In this document: positions 25,396 through 32,840 of the stretch, piece by piece
How positions within the stretch are numbered: position 1 is the stretch's first letter
Layout of the letters: each line of letters begins with the position of its first letter
Assembly: GCA_001004105.1 (NCBI GenBank)
Contig: LCQK01000002.1
Span: 141,419 to 195,275, forward strand
Length of the DNA: 53,857 nucleotides
DNA from: Candidatus Jorgensenbacteria bacterium GW2011_GWB1_50_10
Lineage (GTDB): Bacteria > Patescibacteriota > Minisyncoccia > UBA6257 > GWB1-50-10
Reading direction: 5' to 3'
Program-made: the position numbers and the translations under genes
Notes under the pieces: generated by a model
The model's input: only the letters and a program-made list of their open reading frames with translations
Told to the model about the DNA's origin: nothing
Databases searched by the model: none

Positions 25396-25914
25396 TCACA
25401 ATTCGAATTCGTGGACGGAGGTGTTACCGATGTGGTCCAGTTCTTCTTTTTTATGCAAATAATGTATCAATCTTATTATGCCGCCGTGGGTCACGACAAG
25501 AACGGTTTTATCGGGATAACTCTCTTTAACCTCCTTTATGAATTTCTCAAGCCGAGCTTTAACATCTTCCACTGATTCGCCGCCGTAGGGACGGTAGTCG
25601 TACTCTGGGTCACCAATACCCATTCTCTCCCCTTTTTCCCGCGCTTTACCTGATAAAGACCCTATATCGTGTTCCTTGAGATAATCACTAAAAATCAGTT
25701 TCTTATTGAATCGCTCCGCGATAATTTCCGCGGTCTCTTTAGCACGTTTCAGCGGTGATGAAAAAATGACGTCAAAATTATCTTCCAACTGATTAGCCAA
25801 TTCCCTGGCCTGATTCAAGCCCGCTTCGTTCAAAGATTCGTCTATCCGCTGACCCATTCGTCGGCGCAGTTTATTGTATTCCGTTTCCCCGTGCCGGACA
25901 AAAATGAATTTCAT
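25396..25914 (-). CDS. Histidine phosphatase family protein (phosphoglycerate-mutase-like)
   Basis: 172 aa with the RHGETEYN catalytic motif at the N-terminus and a later HGG. Confidence 0.8.
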   Translation of the reverse strand: MKFIFVRHGETEYNKLRRRMGQRIDESLNEAGLNQARELANQLEDNFDVIFSSPLKRAKETAEIIAERFNKKLIFSDYLKEHDIGSLSGKAREKGERMGIGDPEYDYRPYGGESVEDVKARLEKFIKEVKESYPDKTVLVVTHGGIIRLIHYLHKKEELDHIGNTSVHEFEL

Positions 25915-25920
25915 GGATTT

Positions 25921-26340
25921 ACTCTCCTATTATATCTCAAAAAGTAGCGGCGCCGTTTTGATTACGGCGCCGCGGTGCGAACATCGGCTCTCTGCGTTAT
26001 CTCCTCCCGAATTCAAACGTTACCCTGTTTGCGGGCACGGTGTTTGATATCTTGGAGGAGAGTTTCGCCAGCACTTCATGGCCGGGGAATGGTCCCGAGA
26101 GCATCACGATTGGGGTGTAGGTCTTGGCATCACCCTGGACCCCGGCCGAGAAGATGCCCTCCGGGACTTCAACGGCAAGACCGTGCGGTCTCCTCGGTTA
26201 GTCCCTGGTGCACGTCAGACCAATCCCAATCGCCGGGCTTGAATTCAAACGGCATTTATTCCTCCCTAGAAGTACTAACTATCTTTTACTCCTCGCAATA
26301 AGAAAAATCAATTCTAATCTACTCTCCTAATTTTTTGGCG
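25921..26340 (-). repeat. GC-rich ~420-bp repeated element, copy 2
   Basis: Same layout as copy 1: ATG at 26255, C-terminal frame stop TAA at 25997-25999, terminator 25938-25973. It carries a 14-nt insertion (GACTAACCGAGGAG) relative to copy 1. Confidence 0.85.
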
Positions 26341-26344
26341 GATT

Positions 26345-27028
26345 CTATTTTCTTCTAATAATCAGTTCTTCCTCGGGGTTATCTTTTTTGAGATTTTCAA
26401 TCAAGGTTTTGGCTACAGAACCGGGATCCATATACTTGTCATAATCCTCCGGCATCTTTTCATCAAAAAGGTGGGTTCTCATTCCGCCTGGATATACTGC
26501 CAATATCTTGATTTTCTCCGGTTGCGCCTCGAGGCGAAGCGATTTAGTAAAGCCGACTGCGGCATACTTGCTCGCAACATAACCGGATGAACCGGCACGG
26601 CCCTGGAGCGCGCTTGTTGATAGAATATTGACTATTGTGCCAGAGTGCTGTTTCTTCATTTGAATTAGAGCTACCCTTGAACCATGAATTGTGCCAAACA
26701 AATTAACTTCCACCATATCATGGACTCTTTTCAAATCCATTTCCTCCGCCGGCGCGTGAGGAACCCAAATACCGGCGTTGTTAACCCATACGTCAATTTT
26801 GCCGAATTTTTGGACGGCGAAATTGGCTAATTTGACCACCTCATTTTCATCAGTTACGTCTGCAGTAAAAACAGCAGCATTTAGTTCCCGACCGGCATTA
26901 TCTAACTCTGTGCCGCTGCGCGAGCTTAAAATTAATTTTGCGCCTTCTTTAGCAAAAGCAGCGGCTAAGGCCTTACCAAATCCCCCACTAGCCCCTGTTA
27001 TCACAACAATTTTGTCTTTAATAACCAT
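26345..27028 (-). CDS. Short-chain dehydrogenase/reductase (SDR)
   Basis: 227 aa with the cofactor motif TGASGGFG, NNAG, and the catalytic YVASK. Confidence 0.85.
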   Translation of the reverse strand: MVIKDKIVVITGASGGFGKALAAAFAKEGAKLILSSRSGTELDNAGRELNAAVFTADVTDENEVVKLANFAVQKFGKIDVWVNNAGIWVPHAPAEEMDLKRVHDMVEVNLFGTIHGSRVALIQMKKQHSGTIVNILSTSALQGRAGSSGYVASKYAAVGFTKSLRLEAQPEKIKILAVYPGGMRTHLFDEKMPEDYDKYMDPGSVAKTLIENLKKDNPEEELIIRRK

Positions 27029-27040
27029 ATAAATAAATCT

Positions 27041-27062
27041 ATTCTACTAATTTTTTGGTGGG
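27041..27062 (-). repeat. Junction motif copy, variant (CCCACCAAAAAATTAGTAGAAT)
   Basis: Overlaps the HAD gene C-terminus (…NPPKN-stop) and precedes the SDR ATG. Confidence 0.75.
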
Positions 27063-27640
27063 TTCAAAATCTCTCTCGTTTTTTCGGCGCTTTCGAATAA
27101 GTAAGATTTTATACCTAGGCCGTTTGCTACCGCAACGTTGCCCGGCGAATCATCAAAAAAGACGCACTCTTCCGGTTTTAAATTGTTTTCCTCAAGCAGT
27201 TTTTGGTAAGCGCCAGCATTGCTCTTTGTAAAACCGGTCTGCCATGAATAATAAACCTTCTCAAAAAGCTCTTTTAGAAACGGAAAGTTGTTATTGTAAA
27301 ATTTTGTTCTCTCAATAACGTTGTTCGAAAGAATGAAAAGTTTTACTCCCCTATCTTTCAATTCTCTGGCCAGTGATATCATTTCCGGAGCTTCTTTTTC
27401 GCCCGAAAACCAAAAGTCGAAGAAAGCTTCTTTTGATAAATCTAACCCCCACTTGTCAAAATATGGCTTCCAATAAGAAAAAGCGTCGCCGGCATCAGGC
27501 ATTCTCACTTTGGGCATAATAGCGTTCAGGGCTGGCAAAAATTCTTCTTGTTTGACACCAAATTTTTCCTCAAAACGTTCGCTCAACTTTCGGCTTTTTA
27601 TGAAGACGCCGTTTAAATCAAAAATAACAGCTTTAAACAT
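27047..27640 (-). CDS. HAD-superfamily hydrolase
   Basis: 197 aa with VIFDLNGV (motif I position), LSNN, and FFDDSPGNV (motif IV). Confidence 0.7.
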   Translation of the reverse strand: MFKAVIFDLNGVFIKSRKLSERFEEKFGVKQEEFLPALNAIMPKVRMPDAGDAFSYWKPYFDKWGLDLSKEAFFDFWFSGEKEAPEMISLARELKDRGVKLFILSNNVIERTKFYNNNFPFLKELFEKVYYSWQTGFTKSNAGAYQKLLEENNLKPEECVFFDDSPGNVAVANGLGIKSYLFESAEKTREILNPPKN

Positions 27641-27654
27641 GATATTTTGAATCT

Positions 27655-27674
27655 ACTCTCCTAGTTTTTGGCGA
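27655..27674 (-). repeat. Junction motif copy (TCGCCAAAAACTAGGAGAGT)
   Basis: Starts 3 nt after the Fic stop codon. Followed by AGATTCAAAATATC-ATG (HAD). Confidence 0.8.
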
Positions 27675-27677
27675 CCG

Positions 27678-28331
27678 TTACCTCCTACGTCTCTTTGCTT
27701 TAAAATACTCTAATTTCTTTCTTAGAGCTATCACGTAATTTTTCCTTTTGTGCTCTTCCAAACCGTCTATAATTATGTTTTCCAAACTGGAATAATTGCC
27801 GTCATCTGTCTGACGCATGGCCCTCAAGTATTGCGGCTTTTCTTTTTTAACGGCAATACTGGGCAAACCGGCTCGCATCAGAATCGCATCAATTAGTAAA
27901 CGCGAGGCGCGCCCATTGCCGTTTCTAAAAGGATGGATAGATGCCAAACGATGCGATAATTTCGCCGCCACGAATACTATTTTCTTGTATTCTTTTTCCG
28001 TTTTTGGTGGTTTTATATTTCTTGTTGCTTCTCTCAATTCATAGTCCAATTCGGCTATTTCGTTTGGAATATTTTTCCAATCGGTCATCTTTAAGGGCGT
28101 GCCGTCAATTCTCCGGAGATCCTGACTATTATCTTTCCGGTACTTGCCGCCGATCCCAGGTTGGCGCGCCACTGTAAATATAATCCTGTGCGCCTCCTTG
28201 ATGTACCGAATTTCAACAGGAAATTTCTTACGCAATAATCTCTTTATAATCCGATGTAAATAAGAATGGGCCTCCCAAAGGCCCTTTTCTTCAAGAATAT
28301 CTATGTCCTTCTTGCTTAACGAGCTTTGCAT
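27678..28331 (-). CDS. Fic-domain protein (AMPylase/toxin-like)
   Basis: 217 aa with the canonical Fic motif HPFRNGNGRASR. Confidence 0.85.
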   Translation of the reverse strand: MQSSLSKKDIDILEEKGLWEAHSYLHRIIKRLLRKKFPVEIRYIKEAHRIIFTVARQPGIGGKYRKDNSQDLRRIDGTPLKMTDWKNIPNEIAELDYELREATRNIKPPKTEKEYKKIVFVAAKLSHRLASIHPFRNGNGRASRLLIDAILMRAGLPSIAVKKEKPQYLRAMRQTDDGNYSSLENIIIDGLEEHKRKNYVIALRKKLEYFKAKRRRR

Positions 28332-28348
28332 GCAAAATAAACTATCCC

Positions 28349-28537
28349 TTAAAGAATAGCTCGCCGGGCTTCCTCCTTTGAAAGCTTATTGCCCTCCAAT
28401 TTATTGGAATAATAAACCGATTCGAAATTTTGCTCTTTATTCAAAACGGCTTTCTCAACTGGCGAAAGTTTGGGTAATTTCTGGATTTTTTTATCTAAAT
28501 CCAGAAGCTTCTTTATTTTCCTGTCGATTTTTTTCAT
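28349..28537 (-). CDS. Small protein carrying the Fic inhibitory-helix motif (antitoxin-like)
   Basis: 62 aa ending YYSNKLEGNKLSKEEARRAIL. SNKLEG fits the (S/T)xxxE(G/N) inhibitory motif. Lies 17 nt upstream of the Fic gene, in a different frame. Confidence 0.6.
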   Translation of the reverse strand: MKKIDRKIKKLLDLDKKIQKLPKLSPVEKAVLNKEQNFESVYYSNKLEGNKLSKEEARRAIL

Positions 28538-28555
28538 GAGAACCTTAGCAAGTAT

Positions 28556-28584
28556 AATATAGAATATTGTTTACTTTATGTCAA
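28556..28584 (-). promoter_or_regulatory. Putative sigma70-type promoter for the Fic module
   Basis: Minus strand: TTGACA (28584-28579)-17 nt-TATATT (28561-28556), about 20 nt before the ATG at 28537. Confidence 0.45.
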
Positions 28585-28623
28585 ATCCGAAAATAGCTCC
28601 CAAATATATCTTTATTGTAACAT

Positions 28624-28643
28624 ACTCTCCTAATTTTTGGTGG
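28624..28643 (-). repeat. Junction motif copy (CCACCAAAAATTAGGAGAGT)
   Basis: Starts 1 nt after the stop of the 87-aa membrane protein gene. It is the last copy before the AT-rich operon. Confidence 0.8.
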
Positions 28644-28644
28644 T

Positions 28645-28908
28645 TTATTTAAAAATCAAATATACGACCAAAAGAACAAACGCTATCCCCCAGTATGCGA
28701 CCCAAAATCTATCATAGTACTTTCTCCAGTTGGGTCGTTGCACCGGGCCATTTGGCGTCTTCATCCAATTGAAATGCGGGTAATAGTAAGAAAAAATTGA
28801 CTTGCTTCTTGTAAATTTCTCCTCCCCGCCAAGCCATTTAATAACGTGGCATGAAAAATCCCAAAAAATCATAACTAACAAAATGTATAGAATAATATCA
28901 ATTGTCAT
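28645..28908 (-). CDS. Small membrane protein, unknown function
   Basis: 87 aa with two hydrophobic helices at the termini and a Trp/Tyr-rich loop. Confidence 0.5.
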   Translation of the reverse strand: MTIDIILYILLVMIFWDFSCHVIKWLGGEEKFTRSKSIFSYYYPHFNWMKTPNGPVQRPNWRKYYDRFWVAYWGIAFVLLVVYLIFK

Positions 28909-28912
28909 AAAT

Positions 28913-29302
28913 CTACCTCTCCCATTCCTTGATATCGGGTGAAAAGTCCAACTGGTAATCCGGGATACCTAAAGAGATACCGTACGCTGTTGCGGCATCG
29001 TATTCTTCTTTTTTGGTCCTGTCCACTTTAAAAACCTTGCCGCGGAAAATTATGAAGTGGATATCGTCATTTTTGAAATCCGCGTACCAGTTGTGTTCGC
29101 TGTCCAACGACCAGCTAAGTTTTTCTGCGATGCTCTCGGCTTGGTTCTCTGGAATCTCAACCGTGTGGAGCGTCCACTGCTTTATCCACGGCGTTTTGTG
29201 ATTTTCCGTCACCGGCTCAACTTTGGTGCCCAAAACCCGCACGTCCTTCAAAACATCCTTATTCTCCAAACTTTCTTCAATTATCACGCCTTGGTAGTTC
29301 AC
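28913..29302 (-). CDS. Hypothetical protein
   Basis: 129-aa acidic soluble protein with no motif I recognise. Tightly packed within the AT-rich operon. Confidence 0.5.
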   Translation of the reverse strand: MNYQGVIIEESLENKDVLKDVRVLGTKVEPVTENHKTPWIKQWTLHTVEIPENQAESIAEKLSWSLDSEHNWYADFKNDDIHFIIFRGKVFKVDRTKKEEYDAATAYGISLGIPDYQLDFSPDIKEWER

Positions 29303-29321
29303 CTTTTCAATTCTATTTGAA

Positions 29322-30026
29322 TTATCTGAAGCCCATATTTTTCAACGTCAAAAGACATTCACTAGCTTCTATACACTCGTAGTATAGAGAAATTTCCTCA
29401 ATCAGTGCTGGTCTTAGAGAAGAAACAAAAGTTAGTAACTCAACTTCTGCTTTATTTCTGAAAAACTGAAACCAATCCACGTGTAATGGAACCCTCAATT
29501 CGGAGTAAGGAACCGATTGGAGGTAAGGAATATTATCCAGTGTATATAATAACTCTGTCTTATCACCTTTTGGTATCGGTAAGCTCTCCTTCCTAAACAA
29601 GTGTCCTCCGCTGTTGTCCAATTTTACATAAATACTTTCCCATCTAGTCAGCGCCTTACTATCTAGCGATGCTCGAACATAAATATACGCTTTAGCCAAA
29701 TCTCCTCGATCAAGAATTATAACTTTCCTAATTTTTTCATCCTGCGTATTCGCTCCTGGAGTCCAACTTTCAAAATCACTGACAACAACTAGTTTCTCCA
29801 GACGCGATAAAGAGTCGAAGTCTGGAAATTCTGATGGTTTTGAGAGTGTTTGCTCGACGCGGTTAACCACCTGTTCAGTAACGCTCTGACTAATCCTTTG
29901 AGTTAACTCCGCTTCCTTCTCTTGGCTCTCAAACTGCTGTTTAAAAGCAAGAAAAATTAGAACTGAGGCGAAAAGGAATAGAAATATAGTAACACCTGTA
30001 TTTGCCCTTTTTTTTGGGTCACTCAT
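29322..30026 (-). CDS. Membrane-anchored hypothetical protein
   Basis: 234 aa with a single N-terminal TM helix (GVTIFLFLFASVLIFLAF) and then a soluble domain of unknown family. Confidence 0.55.
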   Translation of the reverse strand: MSDPKKRANTGVTIFLFLFASVLIFLAFKQQFESQEKEAELTQRISQSVTEQVVNRVEQTLSKPSEFPDFDSLSRLEKLVVVSDFESWTPGANTQDEKIRKVIILDRGDLAKAYIYVRASLDSKALTRWESIYVKLDNSGGHLFRKESLPIPKGDKTELLYTLDNIPYLQSVPYSELRVPLHVDWFQFFRNKAEVELLTFVSSLRPALIEEISLYYECIEASECLLTLKNMGFR

Positions 30027-30031
30027 GATTT

Positions 30032-30448
30032 TTAATTATTATCTTTCAACTTTTTAGAAGAATAACTGGGCGGTAAAAGTATAAAGAATATATTAAGAAT
30101 ACTTAGAAAAAATATCCAGAAATTTAACATCGGTCGCTCAAAATCATAGAAAAATTCTCCTTTTATCAAATAAGTTATCCAAGCTGGCATCTTAGATTTT
30201 ATAGCGGACCATAAAAAAACTAACAGCCCCATAAAAATTAAGATAATAGCATTTGACAGTAACACGTCAGTTATAGGTAAAATCTTCTTGACAATCAAGT
30301 AACCTAATAAAAACCAAAGCAATTGTGCGGTTATGGCTCTAAAATACAAAGCAGCGCCTCCCTGCGACTCAACCCGTAAACGAAACTCGGAATGGAAATC
30401 CTGAATACGTTCTTTTAATCCTCTAAAACTACTGATTTTTTTGTTCAT
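30032..30448 (-). CDS. Polytopic membrane protein, unknown function
   Basis: 138 aa with 3-4 hydrophobic helices. Confidence 0.5.
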   Translation of the reverse strand: MNKKISSFRGLKERIQDFHSEFRLRVESQGGAALYFRAITAQLLWFLLGYLIVKKILPITDVLLSNAIILIFMGLLVFLWSAIKSKMPAWITYLIKGEFFYDFERPMLNFWIFFLSILNIFFILLPPSYSSKKLKDNN

Positions 30449-30463
30449 TTGGGTTGCGGCGGG

Positions 30464-31027
30464 TTATCTTCCCCTATGTGTAGCTATAGAAACAATTTTA
30501 AAAATATCTTCTCCTCTTTTTAAAGCTTCTAAAAGTCTTCGGAACATATATGCATCCGCCATATTAGTTTTTTCTTGAATCATTAATAATTTGGCCAGTA
30601 ATATTAGAAACTCTATTCTATACTCACCATACTGACTAATGCTTTGGTATTGTTTTATTTTATTTCCGTGCTTATAAAGAAGGTTTTTAATATCTAATAT
30701 TTTCTTTCTATCCGATTTACTTTTTATTGGAGTTGTCTTCTTCCATATATCTAGTAAGAAACCCAAAAATTTCTTTATTTTTCCTTTATCTGCGTGCATT
30801 TTAATTAGAAGATCAACGGCCCAATGAATGTGTTTTGGTGTTCTTATATTAGACCACTTTCCATTTTTTAATCCCTGGCGGTATTTTATTAAAATGTCAT
30901 ATTTACTTAAGCTGCCTTGATAAACTCCTACAATAATATTCTTTTCGGGAATAAAAATCCTGATCGGTTTGTGAGCCTTTCCTTCTTTGTTAAAAACCAT
31001 CTTTATTCCCGGGTCTTTTACGTTCAT
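30464..31027 (-). CDS. Hypothetical protein (positional candidate for the methyltransferase partner, e.g. endonuclease)
   Basis: 187 aa, Lys-rich and AT-rich. Its start lies 1 nt after the methyltransferase stop. I can find no defensible nuclease motif. Confidence 0.45.
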   Translation of the reverse strand: MNVKDPGIKMVFNKEGKAHKPIRIFIPEKNIIVGVYQGSLSKYDILIKYRQGLKNGKWSNIRTPKHIHWAVDLLIKMHADKGKIKKFLGFLLDIWKKTTPIKSKSDRKKILDIKNLLYKHGNKIKQYQSISQYGEYRIEFLILLAKLLMIQEKTNMADAYMFRRLLEALKRGEDIFKIVSIATHRGR

Positions 31028-31028
31028 A

Positions 31029-32153
31029 CTAATAGTTCATTATCACAAGCTCGCTGATTTTACCGCGTTTACTTCCATCGCAGTTGATAAATCTACTTGC
31101 ACTTACCGTTTCAATTCTGTACTTTTTGTATAAATCCTTTATAAATTTAGTATTAGAATTACTCAACATAACCTTGCAACCTTTTTCATCTAAAGCTCTA
31201 AAAATATCGGCCAATTTAGCTTGCTCTTTCTCGAGAAAATCCTCACTTGTATAAGTGGTAAATTTAGCGGTCTTAGTGAGTGGGTAATAAGGGGGGTCAA
31301 AATATATAAAATCATCTTTCTTTACCCTATCTATAATCTTCTCAAAAGACTCAGCATAAAGTTTTACATGCTTTAGAGCTTTACTGGTTGATCTTAAATT
31401 TTGCTCGTCTAGGATACCCGGATTTTTGTACTTCCCGGACGGCACATTAAACTCTCCTTTACTATTAACTCTATAAAGACCGTTAAAACCGGTTTTGTTT
31501 AGATATATAAAAGCTGCAGTTCGCTCAATCTTATTTAAAACATCGCTGTTATAATCGTCTCTAACTTGGTAATAGAACTTTTGGTCATGGTTATTTTTGT
31601 ATTCGTTTAAGACTTTAATAAGATTTTCTACATTATTCTTAATGACTATGTATGTGTTTATTAAGTCTCTATTAAGATCCGACAAAATTGCGCTCTCCGG
31701 CCGTAAATAAAAGAAAACTGCCCCGCCACCAACCATCGGTTCAAAATAGGTATTGTAAGTGTATCGTGGAGGAAAAAATCTAGCATATTGACTAAGTAAC
31801 TGATTCTTACCACCAGCCCATTTAACAAAGGGTTTAAGCTCATATTCTTTAGCACTATTGCCGTTCAATCTTCTAGCTAATTCAGAAGCGGCTCTAATTT
31901 GGACAGCTTTAGCTGAACCTATACCCCTAATTTTAGTTAGTTCTGGAACGGAGGCCTTAGATATATTTTCTAAACCTCTAAATTTGGCCCATAGTCTCTC
32001 AACCGTTACGGCAATAGATTCACCACGAGCGCCTTTCCCTAATAAGGCCATCAAAAGCTCCTTATCGCTAATATTATGAGTCCCTTTTCTAATAATCTTT
32101 TCCCTAGGTCGAAGTTCTAGTGGTAAATCTTTTATAGTGAAGGATTTAGCCAT
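31029..32153 (-). CDS. RadC N-terminal (HhH) domain fused to a Dam-type N6-adenine DNA methyltransferase
   Basis: Residues ~10-95, LRPREKIIRKG...ISDKELLMALLGKG...LTKIRGIGSAKAVQIRAASELARRL, resemble the RadC N-terminus without the JAB domain. These are followed by PFVKWAGGKNQLL, FEPMVGGGAVFF and the catalytic FDPPY. Confidence 0.75.
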   Translation of the reverse strand: MAKSFTIKDLPLELRPREKIIRKGTHNISDKELLMALLGKGARGESIAVTVERLWAKFRGLENISKASVPELTKIRGIGSAKAVQIRAASELARRLNGNSAKEYELKPFVKWAGGKNQLLSQYARFFPPRYTYNTYFEPMVGGGAVFFYLRPESAILSDLNRDLINTYIVIKNNVENLIKVLNEYKNNHDQKFYYQVRDDYNSDVLNKIERTAAFIYLNKTGFNGLYRVNSKGEFNVPSGKYKNPGILDEQNLRSTSKALKHVKLYAESFEKIIDRVKKDDFIYFDPPYYPLTKTAKFTTYTSEDFLEKEQAKLADIFRALDEKGCKVMLSNSNTKFIKDLYKKYRIETVSASRFINCDGSKRGKISELVIMNY

Positions 32154-32217
32154 GAGGGTTTAAATTATTACTCATAATTTTACCACAAATTCTGCCTCAT
32201 TTTTCGAGGGTTCTCTA

Positions 32218-32397
32218 TTACCTCCTCCAATCCTTTACTATCAACTTCCGGCCTTTGAGTTCCACGACCACTTTCTGCCGTTCGCGCCAGCCGAGTTTGC
32301 GGACAACCTCAATCGGCAGGGTGATGCCAAAACTCTTGCCCCCGCCCATTTTGGTGATTTTTCTTATGTTCTTTTCCGTCGTTTTCCTGCGAGCCAT
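32218..32397 (-). CDS. AbrB/MazE/SpoVT-family DNA-binding protein
   Basis: 59-aa ORF below the track cutoff, hand translated: MARRKTTEKNIRKITKMGGGKSFGITLPIEVVRKLGWRERQKVVVELKGRKLIVKDWRR. It has a looped-hinge-helix pattern. Lies 64 nt upstream of the methyltransferase. Confidence 0.6.
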   Translation of the reverse strand: MARRKTTEKNIRKITKMGGGKSFGITLPIEVVRKLGWRERQKVVVELKGRKLIVKDWRR

Positions 32398-32430
32398 AAA
32401 ACTACTGAATTAATTCAGTAATTAATTATA

Positions 32431-32658
32431 TTCGCTTTTTCTTCCCTAAGCCAAACTTGCCCCTCAATTCTTCGGCGGAGCCCACGCACTATGAGGCCGC
32501 ATAGTGCGTGTGGTGAGTGAGCTATCCAATGTATGACATGTCATACATTAGATCTAAAGCGAGCGAAGGGTTGAGGTCGCCTCAGGCGACCGAAATCGCC
32601 CGACCTGCCTGCCGGCAGGCAGAGCCGAAGCTGTCTGGCGCGGGGAAGAAAAAGCGAA
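32431..32658. repeat. Multi-hairpin palindromic element, copy B (inverse orientation to copy A)
   Basis: Closed by TTCGCTTTTTCTTCCC/GGGAAGAAAAAGCGAA. Contains CCTGCCTGCCGGCAGGCAG (32604-32622). Conserved spacers match 6624-6816, while the three side hairpins differ in sequence but still pair. Confidence 0.7.
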
Positions 32659-32783
32659 CCACAATCTTTTGAGAAACTCGCGAGTCGGGGCTACTAACCC
32701 CAAATTAGGTTTATTATAAAGGATTCTTGAGGGTTTGTGGATAACTATTGACGAATTGTTAAACGACTTGGTATGATACTAGT

Positions 32784-32840
32784 ATCACCACGGAAAAGAC
32801 CCTTATGGAGCTCGTCTCCATCGGGGGCTTTTTCTTTTTA
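32784..32840 (+). ncRNA. Possible ~55-nt plus-strand small RNA (promoter + hairpin + U-run)
   Basis: TTGACG (32748-32753)-18 nt-TATGAT (32772-32777), then the hairpin AAAAGACCC..ATGGAG-CTCGT-CTCCAT..GGGGGCTTTTT followed by CTTTTTA. It may simply be the bidirectional terminator of the NYN gene. Confidence 0.3.
32793..32835. terminator. Bidirectional hairpin terminator at the 3' end of the NYN gene
   Basis: Long interrupted stem directly after the NYN stop (32838-32840). U-runs are present on both strands and are stronger on the plus strand. Confidence 0.5.

Noticed and set aside
25975-26301. 108-aa plus-strand ORF across GC-rich element copy 2
   Set aside because: Same reasoning as for copy 1. 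Its length differs from copy 1 only because of the 14-nt indel, so it is not under frame conservation.
19221-28643. Integron gene-cassette array with attC sites
   Set aside because: The junction motif does not fit the attC R'/R'' cores (GTTRRRY/RYYYAAC) and is not an imperfect 60-140 bp palindrome. No IntI-type integrase or attI is in the window. I kept it as a 'cassette-like' observation only.
30464-31027. Calling the 187-aa ORF a restriction endonuclease
   Set aside because: The only evidence is its position next to the methyltransferase. I could not identify a PD-(D/E)xK, HNH or GIY-YIG motif with confidence.
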